In this document: positions 26,886 through 39,430 of the stretch, one piece after another
Layout: each line of letters opens with the position of its first letter
Position numbering within the stretch: the stretch's first letter is position 1
Source: Takakia lepidozioides
Taxonomy: Eukaryota; Plantae; Bryophyta
Direction: 5' to 3'
Assembly (NCBI GenBank): GCA_030704615.1
Contig: CM060732.1
Coordinates: 41,602,001-41,666,000, forward strand
Length of the DNA stretch: 64,000 bases
Notes under the pieces: generated by a model
Told to the model about the DNA's origin: nothing
The model's database searches: none
Seen by the model: the letters and a program-made list of their open reading frames with translations, nothing else
Made by a program: the position numbers and the translations under genes

Positions 26886-27973
26886 TGTTAGAAGGCTGCT
26901 TGGGACTTAGACACTTTTACGGGATCTGTGGGGTACCCTTAATTTTTGCACAGACTGAGACCAACAGGAGCCTTAGGGATGACAACAGCGTACTTTAGGG
27001 AGGGTTACACAGCCCGTCACAGTCCAACACAGCCAATCACAGCCAACACAGCTCGTCACAGTCCAACACAGCCAATCACAGCCAACACAGCTTGTCACAG
27101 TCCGTCACAGCCCGTCACAGCCAACACAGCTCGTCACAGTCCGACACAGCCCGTCACAGCCAACACAGCTCGTCACAGCCAACACAGCCCGTCACAGTCC
27201 GACACAGCCGACACAGCCAGTCACAGCTCGACACAGCTGACACAGTCCAACACAGTCGCACAACCAGTCACAGCTTGACACAGCTGTCACGACCATAGGG
27301 AACGGATAGCAGGACAGGGAACGACTATGGGGAACAACATCTGCGAATGGAACATGTTAGTTCACGGATGACGATTAGTGGGGGAAACGGTTAGAACAAT
27401 GGGTAGGAAGATAAAGCCAGGAGCGAGGACTGGAAAATGATCACTTCTTGGAGAATTACTGCTGGAAGGAGTTCGGGATCACTTCTTGGGGGGACTTCGG
27501 ACATCACTGGGGGGAGATGAAGCAAAGAGCGCATCTCTAAGCAGAAAGAGGGAGAGCACGAAGAAGAAGGAGAACGATCTGTTGATGCTTGATGAATGCA
27601 AGTAGTAGAGTTGTAATGTAGAGCAGATTAGAGACTCCATGGCTTCAGCCTGATACTTGATAGATATTAATCTGATACATACTTCATACTCACACTGTGT
27701 AGAGAGATCTGAGTGAAGTTGTGGAATGAATGGATAAGTTGATGGAATCCGATAGATTGCTGAAGCAAATTGATACGTAAATACCAACAGTAAGGTAACT
27801 AGCTAACATGAATGCGGGAAGGAAAACAAATAGGAAACATCCCTATGATACACTAGCTGTAGGTCATGACTGATTGTTCTGAGCGGGCTGAGTGCTTAGA
27901 GATTTCCAACTCTTCTATCTTGGAGTTCCCGCCTCGGATAACGAAGGGATGGGTGAGTAAAAGCCACGCGACA
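26886..27973 (+). repeat. Gypsy 3' LTR (~1088 bp) containing a CACAGC minisatellite at ~27007-27290
   Basis: Starts TGTTAG a few nt after the PPT GAGAGGGGGAGGGG and ends GCGACA at the same point as the 5' remnant. Confidence 0.85.
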
Positions 27974-28794
27974 CCAGTTGAGCCTCTACATGCAGGGAGA
28001 TGCACTTAGATACATTAATAGAAGATTGCACTAGGGCTTATATGGGCCTTGACATAGGAAACGCACTTGGATACATAGGAAATTGCGTTTGGTCTTAGAT
28101 TTCAATTCTTGAAACATGGGCCAACGGCACAGCTACCCTAGAGGTCACACTTGGGCCTAGACATAGGAGATGAACTTGGGCTTAAATGATACTGGACACT
28201 TGGGCAAACGACACAGGCTACCCTAGTTAGGGATGGAAAAAGTCCAGTTCTGGTTATTTGGGATAAAAGAGATCCCAAAGATTATGGACGGCAACGATGA
28301 CATGCAGGCATGGCAGCTCCAGAACTATGGCACGGAATGGGAGGGAGACGACGTCGGCTACTCCTCACCTGATGACAACGGCGACAGTATCCAGGGCTTC
28401 CAATAGGAGGGACATGGTTATACCTTGGGGGCATTAGAGCATCTCCACCGGGGGTACACCAAACAACACTACAACGGTAACCTCATGCGGCCTCCAACAC
28501 TCCCCCCCCCCCTAGTGGCAACCCCATCAAACTACCCTGCACATGTCTTTTTGGCTGACGTGCCTTGCTCCGGAGGGACCACCTGGACAGACGCCGCCTT
28601 ACCCTCACGCCATAAATGCATGTAGTCGTGTTTTTTAGTCGCTCTAGTAGGTACCGGCCGGGCCCAGAGGGCCTATATCATGCACGAAAGTACGGGCCCC
28701 GGGGGTATGGATACCAGGGCTGGGGGCTCCTTTGCTATTGTCGAGGCATTTAGGGACCCCCGGTGGAGATGCTCTTACAACATGTCATTCTGGA

Positions 28795-29025
28795 CAATAC
28801 CCTCGTGGACATGTATGCAAAATATGGGGCATCGAGGATGCAAAAGAGTGTTTGACAAATATGGCTGATTGAGATGTGGTGTCATGGAGTGCGATGATTG
28901 CTGGATATGCACAGCAAGGGCACGAGATGGAGACTTTGGAGACCTATCAGCAAACGATGTGTGAAGGGGTGAAGCCCTAGAAAATGGCAAAGAGGTCCAT
29001 GGTGACATCGTCAAATCTGGAATTG
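28795..29025 (+). pseudogene. PLS-class PPR gene fragment
   Basis: Translating across frameshifts gives NTLVDMYAK.G..EDAK.VFDK...DVVSWSAMIAGYAQQGH...EGVKP...GKEVHGDIVKSGI. Confidence 0.8.
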
Positions 29026-29080
29026 TGCTAGCTGTCATTCAAAACACTGCATTGGAAGGGAGGATCGTAATTTTAAGAAA

Positions 29081-29395
29081 GTGATCAGGGTGGAGTGGTG
29101 GAGACCGAAAAAAAAAATTAACCCATCTGACTTGGACATGTATAGGGACTGTTGGTCAAATGTCTGGGAGTATAACCCATCAAATCCTCCTCAATGGATC
29201 CACATGAACTCAGTTGTATGGACAATGCCGCCACGGAAAAATACGACAAAGAATAGTAGAAAGACAACTACCGCCGTGGAAGCAGAGAAGACACGTGCGA
29301 ATTTAGAGGAGATGAAGAAAGTGAATCTTGCGAAAGAGCCGCAGTCAAAGGACAGAATGTTGAGGTCAATTCCGGTACTTCGATTTAAGAAATAA
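29081..29395 (+). other. Orphan Trp-rich ORF fragment, possibly the C-terminus of a DNA-transposon protein
   Basis: VEWWRP...YRDCWSNVWEYNP...WIHMNSVVW followed by a basic tail. Short dispersed repeats follow at 29466-29830. The family is not established. Confidence 0.3.
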
Positions 29396-29465
29396 ATTTC
29401 TCTTTGTCTTGATGGTACTTGTTGTTTATGTTGGGGGCTCGTTTTTGTAGTCTTCTACTGTCGCA

Positions 29466-29830
29466 GTCAACCTCGAATGTCCAGTGGACGTTCGTGATCA
29501 TTGATCCGCCCGCACTCGGCTATCGCCTCGTGGCGGGCCCGTTTTTTCAGGAAGGCCCCTACCCTCGGGCCTTACCCTATGCTTCTGATGTTGCACTCAA
29601 CCTCGAATGTCCAGTGGACGTTCGCGATCATTGATCATTGTGTGCCGGACTCTGGCCGTAGATGAGAATTTATCCAAACCGCCTATTCGTAAAGAAATTT
29701 GAGCCTATTCCTTTACGCTGGGTAGGCCCTCAGGTGGGGGCCTTCCTAAAACTCGGGGCCACACTTGGCTACCGCCTCGTGCCGCGATCATTGACATGGC
29801 TAGAGCCTCGTTCGCGATCATTGATCTGTG
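29466..29830 (+). repeat. Short interspersed direct repeats (subterminal-repeat-like)
   Basis: tcaacctcgaatgtccagtggacgttcgYgatcattgatc at ~29467 and ~29597; cactYggctaYcgcctcgtg at ~29513 and ~29762; several cgatcattga copies. Confidence 0.7.
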
Positions 29831-30129
29831 TGTCCTGGACTCTGCCCTGGCGTACATATAGTTCACGAAAAAAAAAAAAACTGTTTGGCCTAGACAACAT
29901 ACAATTCACAAAAACAAAGAAAGGCTGGCTCGACCACAATTCCAATTTAAAATTGCGTCCAAGTTTTTTTTTTTTTCACGAAAAAAAAGTAGGCCAATTC
30001 GAGTCCTTCTTCAATGATTGCACTTGCTTCCAAAAAACCAAGTCTCTCACTGAAGTCTTCCACTAAGAAGACCCTTAGCCAATCATTCTTGCCATAATTT
30101 TCAATTTGTCACTTGTCAAGTTTCATCTT

Positions 30130-31500
30130 TGAGGTTTTCCTCCATTTTCTCCTCTAAGCTCTATGACCTTTCCGCTGACATTGTAAAGCACCATTTCATT
30201 TCCTTTCATTCTTCATACTTTAATCTTTGGCTCTGATTTTCTTTCCTCTCTCATGTTCTCTTCCATTTTGACCCATAAACACTACGAGCTTTCCGCGGTC
30301 ACGTTATAGAGCAGCAATTCATTGAAGCATTTTATTTCTCATAGTTCTTATTTGGCGCTCTGACTTTTTATCCTCTCTCATGTTCTCTTCCATTTTGTCC
30401 CATGAGCACTAGACGCTTTCCGCGGTCGTTATATAACACCATTTCTTTCCAAATATCATAGGGTGTACTTTCAACATTTTTTTGCTATTTCGGATTTTGG
30501 ATTGACATGCACTTACCTTTTTTATAGTTTGCTTTCTATGTATCTTAATACCAGGTTCCAAGGACGAGTCTTTCATTTACATACTTGTCCGTTTCAATGA
30601 CTCTTCCATAACATTAGTTTCTCCATTTTTATTTTATTTTCTACCCTACAAACACACATTTGTACCTTAAACCCAAACCCAAAACCCCTACCCTAAATCC
30701 TTACCCTAAGACCCTAAACCTTTACCCTTAAGCCATCACCCCTAAACCCTTACCCTTCCCTTTATAAATGGGAATGAACTATTCATACCATAACCACAAC
30801 CATAACCATTATGGTTATCCAAATGTTTTCTCCCTTCACTTTTGCGCTAGTTTTTTCCTTTGTTTTGAATTGATTTGAACTTTCCTTTTTTATAGTTTGC
30901 TTTCTATGTATCTTAATACCAGGTTCCAAAGACGAGTCTTTCATTTAAATACTTGTCCGATGCAATGACTAGACTTCCATAATATTTGTTTCTTCATTTT
31001 TATTTTATTTTCTACCCTACTAACAACACTAAGTTCTAGTGTTGTTAGTCCTAAAATCCTAAACATTTACCCTTAAGCTATTACCCCTAAACCCTTACCC
31101 TTCCCTTTACAAATGGGAATGAACTATCCATACCATAACCATAACCACAACCATTATGGTTATCCAAATGTCTTCTCCTTTCACTTTTGCAGTAATTGTT
31201 TCCTTTGTTTTGGATTGACATGCACTTTCATTTTTATAGTTTGCTTTTTGTGTATCTTAATACTAGATTTCAAAGACAAGTATAGTTTCATTTAAATACT
31301 TGTCCGATGCAAGGACTAGACTTCCATAATATTTGTTTCTTATTTTCTACCCGACTAACGGGTAAGGTACGATAGAATGATTACAAAGATATCAAATTCC
31401 CCTTACATTTATTAATTCTAGCGACTGTGAGTCTTCCATATTTGTCCCTTTCTACCCTAAATCCAAATCCTAAACCCTTACCCTTACCATAAACCCAAAC
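30130..31500 (+). repeat. AT-rich tandem arrays: three ~120-bp units (30130-30430) and three ~350-370-bp units (30500-31500) with CCCTAAA-like tracts
   Basis: tttatagtttgctttYtRtgtatcttaatac at ~30521, ~30889 and ~31232; degenerate telomere-like aaaccct/ttaccct runs at 30668-30760, 31055-31105 and 31455-31500. Confidence 0.85.
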
Positions 31501-33823
31501 CTTATTGTACTTCTCTGCACTACCCTAGTACCTCTTCCTAATGTTTCATGTTTTATTATATTTTATATTTAGTTATATTTAATTTTATGTTTTAGTATAT
31601 TTTATATTTTATTGCCCTTGTTATTCCCAAAACATCGTTCCAATGGTGTTATATGTGAACATTGTGCTTGACACGAAGATTCAATTAAAATTACTAGCAA
31701 GTTGTATTGAATATGGTAGAGTATGAGACTGCCTGATGTTCGATGCGACACATTTGTTTATCGTGATTACATAATATAATTATGACATCATTCGACTTCC
31801 CAATGGACATTCAATGAATTGTTCAGTACTTCCACAAGCACTTCAATGTCAATTGGACCTCTTATATGACACATTTTGAAACGAGTACGACATCACCTGT
31901 AATTTCACAAAGTTCAATCACACATTACACCATGATATTATTAATATTTGAATTAATTTTAATTCAGTAATATATTAAGTTTGGTCCGGATTTAAGCCAA
32001 AAGTCCAGAATTAGTTAAAATATGGTTTATCCAAGACCCTCATGATGGAGCATACACTTTCCACTTTCAATCAGAGTTCTATTCATTCTCTCAACAACCC
32101 CATTCTATTGAGGGATATATGGTACAATTATATGGTACAGTGAACTGTTGCTGAATTCCTTCTTGCTTACAGTACTCACGAAAAACTTGTGTGTTGCTTG
32201 AGCTTGCACTCATTTTGAGGTTTCTACTCCCACCTTGAACTCCTAGGAACTTATTTAGCACCTCATTTTTCTGCTTCAGAAAGTAGCACCATACCTTCCT
32301 AGTGTAGTATCAATGAATGTGACAAAATACTTACAACCTTCTAAAGAGCTCTTCTTCATCCACGTTTATCGGAGTGCACTAACTGCAAGGGCTTAGAAGC
32401 TCTGTTTGCTTCACCACTTGCAAAATGAAGTCTCTTCTGCTTGCCAAGCAAGCAACCTTTGCAACCCTGTAGATTAGCTTCACATGGCCTAGCGTCCAAT
32501 CCATCCACTAGTCAAAATTTTACATTTGCTGAAGCCCTGAAATACTTTCCCATTCTTCTGTGCCAAAGTGATACATCTTGCTTTTGGTCTCTTCCAAGAT
32601 GAGCATATTCATCTTCCATCTCTGAGCTACAAAGCAATCTGTACAGTCTACCATCCCACACAGCTTCTGCTATGATCTTTCCAAAATCATCTTTGATCCG
32701 ACAATTTCGGCTACTGAATTCAACAGATAAGTTCTTGGCTGTAGCCTTACTGACTGAGAAAATGTTCTTGGCCAAACCTAGCACAAACATCACATCATGC
32801 AGACGACCCTTTTCTACCTTAATGCTATTGACTAACATGTCAATAACTATAGATCTTTTTCCCACAGCCTCTTGTATTGAATTATCTCCCAAGTAAATCT
32901 TGGTCTTAGGAATCTGCTTCAAATCCAAGAATAATTCTTTCTGAAAAGACATGTTGTGACGCACCAGAGGCAACATACCAACTCCCTGATTTCAAAGCTT
33001 CTGGACCTGCAACAAAGGCATTCTCACCTGTATGTGCTTGCCCCTCCTCTGCGAACCTCTTTGGATGCGGGCATTCTTGTGCCTAGTGGCCGCGCTCATG
33101 GCAATTTTTAGTACAGTTGCCTCTCCGCTTGAACTTTTCTTACGGTTGCTGCTGTTTCTGTCCATATGACTCTTGTTTGGGTTTCCCCTTCAGCTTCTAT
33201 ACATAGAAGGCTTTTTCATCACTTGAAGACGTCCCTACTCCTTTCATCTTCATCTCCAACTCATGCAACAACCTCCCATTTACAAGTTCCAATGTTAGAG
33301 CATCTATCCTAGTCTCTAAAGCAATAATGATGTTATGATAGTTCTTTGGCAAGCTTAATAACAAAATCATTAATAACATGCCATCACTCACTGACTCTCC
33401 CGTTGCATCTAGCTATAGTGACAATTCTCTAAGCTTGTTGATGTGACTTGTCATGGTGTCTCCTAACTGCATCTATATGTTCATCAGTTGTCTTAGAAGG
33501 TATAGTTTGTTTGCTAATGCCCTCTTCTCATATTGAGGACATGTCTCTTTAGCAATTGTAGTTGTACGCACATGCATCAATTCAGAGTCTTGTAAACTTA
33601 GAACAACTAGAGCATGTGCCCTCTAATCCCTCTCGTCATACTGCAACCTATTTATAGCATCACTTTCTAAAGGTCTTTGCTCAGTCCCCTTCACTAGGTT
33701 CCATAGCTTCCTCTCTTTCAGCACCATAGACATCTTGAACTTCCATAGATGAAAGTTCTCACCACCAAATTTTGGCACTGTCTGTAGGAGCTTTGACACA
33801 ATACCTAACTCATCTGAGCCCTG

Positions 33824-33836
33824 TGGGCCCATAACC
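33824..33836 (-). promoter_or_regulatory. PBS GGTTATGGGCCCA complementary to the internal (anticodon-stem) half of initiator tRNA-Met
   Basis: The minus strand reads ...GTCAACA|GGTTATGGGCCCA, the hemivirus-type PBS known from Drosophila copia. Confidence 0.85.
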
Positions 33837-34175
33837 TGTTGACCTAAAGTTTTCCTAGAGCTGGTGGTTGCACTGGAAGTCATGATGACAATTCACTTCA
33901 AGATTTTCACACGAGGAAAGACGATGAGTACTCTAGCATACAATTAGACTAGAAATATAGAAACAGAGACAAAGACAGGTTTCAACATCATACTGAAGAG
34001 AAGTAAAGAGGTACAAAAGAGCTCTCCTCCCAACCATAGAGGTATGTACAAAAGATATGTAGCCTCTCCCCCAGCTCAATATATATCTACTAGATGTGTC
34101 CTACCGAAAAAGATCTAATAGCTATTCTAGGCCACATCTATTCTAGGCCACGACATGAATAACAAGTATCTAACA
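33837..34175 (-). repeat. 5' LTR of copia 2 (~339 bp)
   Basis: Minus strand TGTTAG...TCAACA adjacent to the PBS. The outer boundary is inferred. Confidence 0.65.
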
Positions 34176-34365
34176 ATCTTCAACTTGCTATTCCGGGAGC
34201 ATCAGTTACACTGAAGTGAACAAACACTCTAACACCTCAAACAAAACAAACAAAGAATAGGGTACCTCAGTTAAAGTCCAGCATCTCAATGCCCAATCTC
34301 GCACAAGAGAAGCTTCAGGACCGTGACATATAGAGACTGGTTAGAGTACTGTTGATGGCAAAGAT

Positions 34366-34390
34366 GAAATGAAATGAAATGAAATGAAAT
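34366..34390 (+). repeat. (GAAAT)5 microsatellite
   Basis: Read directly from the sequence. Confidence 0.9.
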
Positions 34391-34581
34391 GGTACCCTAT
34401 AGATGGAAAAGATATGGAAAGAACGAAAGAACAGAGATGTGGCCTTCGAAAGAGCTGTGACTTCGAAGGAGCTGCAGTCCTTCGAAGGACACCCCTGGCA
34501 CCTTGCCAAATGCCTCCTCAATGCAGGCCACAACTCAGAGTTGCACATGCTTTGATTGCCCGCATGTTTTCGACCCTAAAC

Positions 34582-35840
34582 TTAACCAAAAATCATAAAA
34601 CCTTGCAGTGTGGTGATCCACGAAATCATCACATTACACGTTATTCGCGTACAAAACTTTCCAACCTTCATCTCCCTTATACTGTAGCCGGAATAGTAGG
34701 GAAGTGTCTGCCTCTCCCATGAGTTTTGTAAAGTATCAAATACCAGCACTCCTGATGAGTTAAAGCGCTCCACAATTACTTTATCACCACACCCTCCCGC
34801 ACAAAACAAAAAGAAGCCTTCACCAGGCACTATTGGCAACTGCTTCCATTCTCGACTGGAGACATTGAACTCCCACAAACATGGAGTATCGAGTGTGCTA
34901 CTCGTAACCACTGCAGCCAGGAACAAACGGCCCCGACTTTCCACCAAATATTTTGCACATGCACTTTTGTGATTGGGGATCTGTGTCCGAACCTCCGCCC
35001 ACGCTCCAGTGCCAAGTATGTCATAAGCAAATAATTTCCGCCACGAAGAGGTCATGGCGTACATCACGTTGCCGCATTTGGCAAACTTCATAAACTTTGC
35101 TCCCATCGGTGGCATGTTTCCTGTCTCATTCCACGAGTTGGAGATAGAGTCGTATACCAAAGTCTTATTCACTGCAACTCTTTCGGTAGCCAAAGTTGTA
35201 GCAAATAGCAAAATAAGCTTGTACCCACTGGTACTCCTATCCACCACCAATTGACCAAAAGAGTTTATGCTATCTTCTCGGTAAACTGTAGGCACTGGAG
35301 GTAGTCGTCTGCAACACTTCGAGATTGGGTTGAACACTGTGAGGTGGAATTCCCCAAAGGTACAGCTTGATTTGATGGAAAAGAGACCTCCATCTGCAGA
35401 ATGGATATGCGAAGATGGTCGATGGTGCGACACAACTTGTCCTTTTGTTGCGTCACAATGAACAAATGAGGCGTAAGAAATGAGAGGTCCATCTTGTGCA
35501 ACACTCCCCTTGAAGGATCCCAAAACTCCATAACAGTACGTGATATGCTACCGTCAGACAAGCTAAAAAGGAAGGACGGCTCCAATATTTGATGAAGACC
35601 CACTTGATTGCAAAGATGCATAAAACCTGGATTTGCGGGCAGGGATCGCCACCGCTTGCACACCGTCAGCAAGCGGAAGAGATCTCTACAAGCTAAGCGT
35701 GCCAGCACTTTGTCCAGTAAGTCCCACGGTAGCATGCTCCACACCTCCGTGTCCATGACCTCCTTGTCCACGAGCGTGAGCACTGGTGCAGCACGACGAC
35801 AGCCTGAGAGATCCCTGCGACGAACCTTGCGCGTATACAT
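34582..35840 (-). pseudogene. Intronless F-box protein with kelch-like/FBA beta-propeller, single frameshift near 35400-35450
   Basis: The F-box VWSMLPWDLLDKVLARL...LLTVCKRWRSL lies in ORF 35265-35891. The propeller motifs SADGGLF...VFNPISKCCRRLPP, LVYDSISNSW and LVESRGRLFL lie in a different frame (34582-35523). Confidence 0.85.
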
Positions 35841-36699
35841 ATTGTCAAGGCGACGCTGTCGAGAACCTCTCTTTAACTCGGACTTCAACACGGGTCTGCG
35901 AAGGAAGAGGGCGACAGAGTGAAGCGAGAAGGAGAAACAAGGTGTTTATTTACTTATATACTAGCGTGCTTGCTTGCTTGCTGTTGAAGCAACCCCGGAA
36001 CACTGACTCCCCCCGCCCTACTACGATACTCAACAAGCCAATCCTTTTTTGAGTTGCCAAAAGCTCTCAATCGTGGCAAAGGGAGCTATAATTAAGTTAA
36101 AGACTAGTTAAAGGTATCCAACCCAATAATAGAAGATCAAAGTAAAAAGGGACAGTCGTTAGTCTATTTTGTGACTGAGAAACTTTATCTTTATCAGTCA
36201 CAAGTGTATGCTGAGGTGCAAATTGAAACCTGTTTCTACACTTGACATTGTTTTTCTTGTTTTTCTCTTTGTGTTACAAACTTGCAGTGAGGTTGATGCA
36301 AGCTGTTTATGCCAAATTGAAAGCCAATGCAAGCAATACAGAGGTTCCAATGTTGGTCATGCTGTCAATGCTTACCCATAGCTATCTCCTGAGAAATCAG
36401 GAGTCCACTGTTATAATTCTCTAGATAACTAAGTACACCATAAGGGGGTGGGATTTGTCCTAACCATATTTTGCTTGGTTCTTTAAAGTTTCCATTCCCC
36501 AATGTCAGCACTTCACAGGACATCCACCTGGAAGCATTACAGCAGGCAGGTGGTGAGTGAGACGCTGCTTATCCTTTATCTGGAAACCCAGGATACTATA
36601 TACAAGCACAACTTTACACTCATCTCTAAAAGGGGTGACTAGCTGCTTGGCCCTTTGGCAGATGCCATGTTATTGGTAAGCTCCACAAATGGCAGCCAT

Positions 36700-37830
36700 C
36701 GTTGATGTTTACGTACAATCTACACACATTTACACCTTCCTCTTGTTAACAAGCCTCTGACATGCAATTTTCTAGATGAATGCAAGCTTATTTTTCGCCA
36801 GGCAAAATATATTCCTGATAAGGCATTTGGTGGCATGTTCCACTACGTCCGCATCACCATAAATCTTACAAGGCCCTCCACACCCCCGCAGCTTGTTTGA
36901 TTGGCACTCTGTTGATGAATTCCTGTACCTCATCCAATTACCTAGCAGGGCCAAGAAGGTCCACCATGCAACCACATTCTCCACTGTAGGGATGAGGCCA
37001 TGACTTAACGAAAGTAGTGACAGCCTTCCTCCACTAGGCGGGAATGGCTTCGTGCAGAGAGAAGAGATATAAAGGTAACACCATGTGGCTTCAAACCTTC
37101 CTGCTGCATTAGTTCAAATAGTTGCAGGGCCTCCCTACCACGCCCATGCTGAGCACATCCTGCAATCGTCGCACTCCATGAGGCCACATCTCATTCAGGC
37201 ATTGTGTCAAATACATCATGTGCATCCTTCACGCTCCCGCACTTAGCATACATGTCGAGTATCCAAATTGATGTGTGAGGCAATGCCAGACTACACGATA
37301 TCAGCATGAACATATTTGCCCTTTTCGAGAGCTCCTAGGCTAGTACATGCATCGAGAATGCAAGTGGTATGTGACTTTGTTGGGCGTCAAACCTTCCCCT
37401 TGCATTTGTTCATGGATCTCTAAAGCCTCCCTACCACACCCATGCTGAATATAGCTTGTGATCCTGGAGTTCCATGAGACCCCACATCTGTAATATCACC
37501 GAGGACCTCTTTGCGCTTTTCAAGGGATATTATGCCGACATGCACATTGACAACTCCAATGTGATCTCATTTGGTTTTACTCCATCCCCTTGCACTTTTT
37601 CATAGATCTCCAAAGCCTCTCTACCCACTCCCATGTTTAGCATATCCAGTAATCATCGCACTCCCCGAGACAACATCTCTTGTAACACTTAACGTGCATC
37701 CTCCATGCTTCTGCATTTGGCATACATATAATTAAGGCTGGTCTTCAAATTTATATGTGGAGCAATTCCAGTTTTGAGGAGGTCAGCATGGACCAGTTGC
37801 CCCTTTCCCACGTGTTCCCAGGTTGCCACA
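36700..37830 (-). pseudogene. PLS-class PPR pseudogene
   Basis: Repeated motifs GQLVHADLLKTGI...YMYAKCRSMEDAR, ASWSATIAGCAQHGRGREALQLFELMQQEGLKP..VTFISLLSA.SH..LVEEG, and a degenerate E-domain-like tail, with many stops and frameshifts. Confidence 0.9.
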
Positions 37831-38189
37831 TACATTGAATTAGGCAAAAGTTTTGCTTTTTGGACATACATAACTTGTAAGACTTCACATATGTGAGCTA
37901 TCAAATGATGCATTTGAAAGGGAAATTCATTTATGCAAGGTACAACCAAGCAATACTCAAAATTTCAAGACCAATGTAGCTCAAGTAGTGTAAGCAATTC
38001 CAATAACTTATGTCCTCCTCACAAGCCCGCAATGCAATCTCAATAGATCCTAAACCCTCTTGCGGCAGTACAGAGCACCGCGACTCTAATCAGTCTCCCT
38101 GCACCCCCTAAAAGCTGAGCATTGCAGAAATGTGTCCTTAGGATGCCAGCAAACATAATATGAGCATCATTAGGTGTAGCACATTCAAT

Positions 38190-39430
38190 TCAGGTGTCAA
38201 AAATTGCTCCGGGAGGTCCTACAAGGTCATCCATATGGAAAGCGATTATCCTGGAGTTAAGAGGCAGTGGGTTGTTGGCATTTTGAAGGGCCTGAAACTC
38301 AGCGAACAATGGCCCAATCAATTGCGCCACAGTTGTATCGATAGGTTGGACCAATTCTATTGCAACCATTGGCGGATCGAGGATATTATTGATCACAGGA
38401 TACTTGCGTAACCACCTCTCCCATTTCTCGTCAAAAGCACATAAATCACCATCCATACCTCGAGAGCAATCCATGAGAGGTCGTTTCGCAAGAAAAGAAA
38501 TGAAGGGCAAGAACTTGGGAAGTTGGGATTATGAAGGTGTGCCAAGTCTCCCAAATGTGCCTTTTGTTCCACCCATGTTGCAAATCCATTACCCTCTCTC
38601 TCGTTACATAAACAAGGGTTGTCAAACAAGGGTTGTCGTGATACTTCGCAATGTCTTCCATCACTTTCGCATATCGTTGGAGAACAACAACGGTAGAATC
38701 ACTCGCCACCACAATGTTATCTTCAATCCCGTCCGAGACAATTTGTACCCAACCAATGTGCTTCACATTGTTGGTTTCATCGAGACCAACATATCCCTTC
38801 ACATTTCTCTCCGGTGGTGTGATTTGTGAGTGTTCAAGTATATCCACCACTTGCTCAAGCAAATCTCCAGGCTTTTCACCCATAATCTTCGAAATACGAT
38901 TGCCCAAGAACACGATTGCAATATGATAACCTGTATGCACAACAAATTCCAACATCCGCAATGTAAAGTCGTCGATATGACGACTCTCAATGTAGACTAT
39001 TACCTGCTCCTCTGTCAATGATGATGATTCGGAGACTTCAACTTCTGCACTTGCACTGGTGGCAAAAGACTCCACTCCGCCATATTGTGACCTCTTTGGC
39101 TCTACGGACCTTCCACGCTCACTTTGAGTAATAGAATATCTCATCTCTACTCCATGACTACACTTTAGCTCCACAATCCACTCTACTGCAAGCTCGAGGA
39201 TTTGTCCATTCTCCTCGACGATCAATGCTACCGACCCAATGTTTATTGGTTAAATATTTATTTTTGGAAAATGGATGGGAAAGAAAAATCTCTGGTGCTG
39301 TTGGGTTTCTCTTATTATCATGGAGACACAATGTGTGCTCTTCAAATTTGTGAGGCACAATTTGGTAGAGAGAGCTTGATAGTGGGAAGTGACCATTTGT
39401 TTTCCTCAATTTGTACATGGTATTTTCCAT
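38190..39430 (-). pseudogene. Frameshifted intronless orphan ORF of unknown family
   Basis: Overlapping same-strand ORFs 38446-39225 (259 aa) and 38190-38510 (106 aa) have globular-protein composition. No motif was recognised. Confidence 0.4.

Larger units (their letters stand above)
15391..27973 (+). mobile_element. Ty3/gypsy non-chromovirus LTR retrotransposon (Phygy/Athila-like) with extra 5' and 3' ORFs; 5' LTR truncated
   Basis: Gag-PR-RT-RH-INT order, with no chromodomain and no archaeal-type RNase H between RH and INT. PBS at ~15674, PPT at ~26868-26881. 15391-15671 matches 27693-27973 with 4 mismatches seen in 281 bp. Confidence 0.95.
32040..34175 (-). mobile_element. Ty1/copia LTR retrotransposon 2, 5' half only (LTR, half-tRNA PBS, gag, protease, start of integrase), degenerate
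   Basis: FGGENFHLWKFKM (gag N-terminus), LLLSLPKNY...LLHE (gag), a CCHC remnant at ~33075-33115, HNMS...YLGDN...L.KNIFSVS (protease region), GRLYRL...LWHRRMG, and decayed integrase down to ~32040. LTR TG...CA at 34175-33837. Confidence 0.9.

Noticed and set aside
26946-27298. ORFs with TARHSPTQP repeats, and the CACAGC arrays as possible CRISPR
   Set aside because: They are translations of an LTR minisatellite; there are no unique spacers or cas genes, and the context is eukaryotic
30668-31500. Interstitial telomere or chromosome fusion site
   Set aside because: The motifs are degenerate, short and embedded in a larger repeat unit, with no head-to-head arrays
12238-34175. Idea that the two copia halves are one element split by nested insertions
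   Set aside because: Both contain the LWHRR pre-integrase and integrase start with different sequences, and their LTRs do not match
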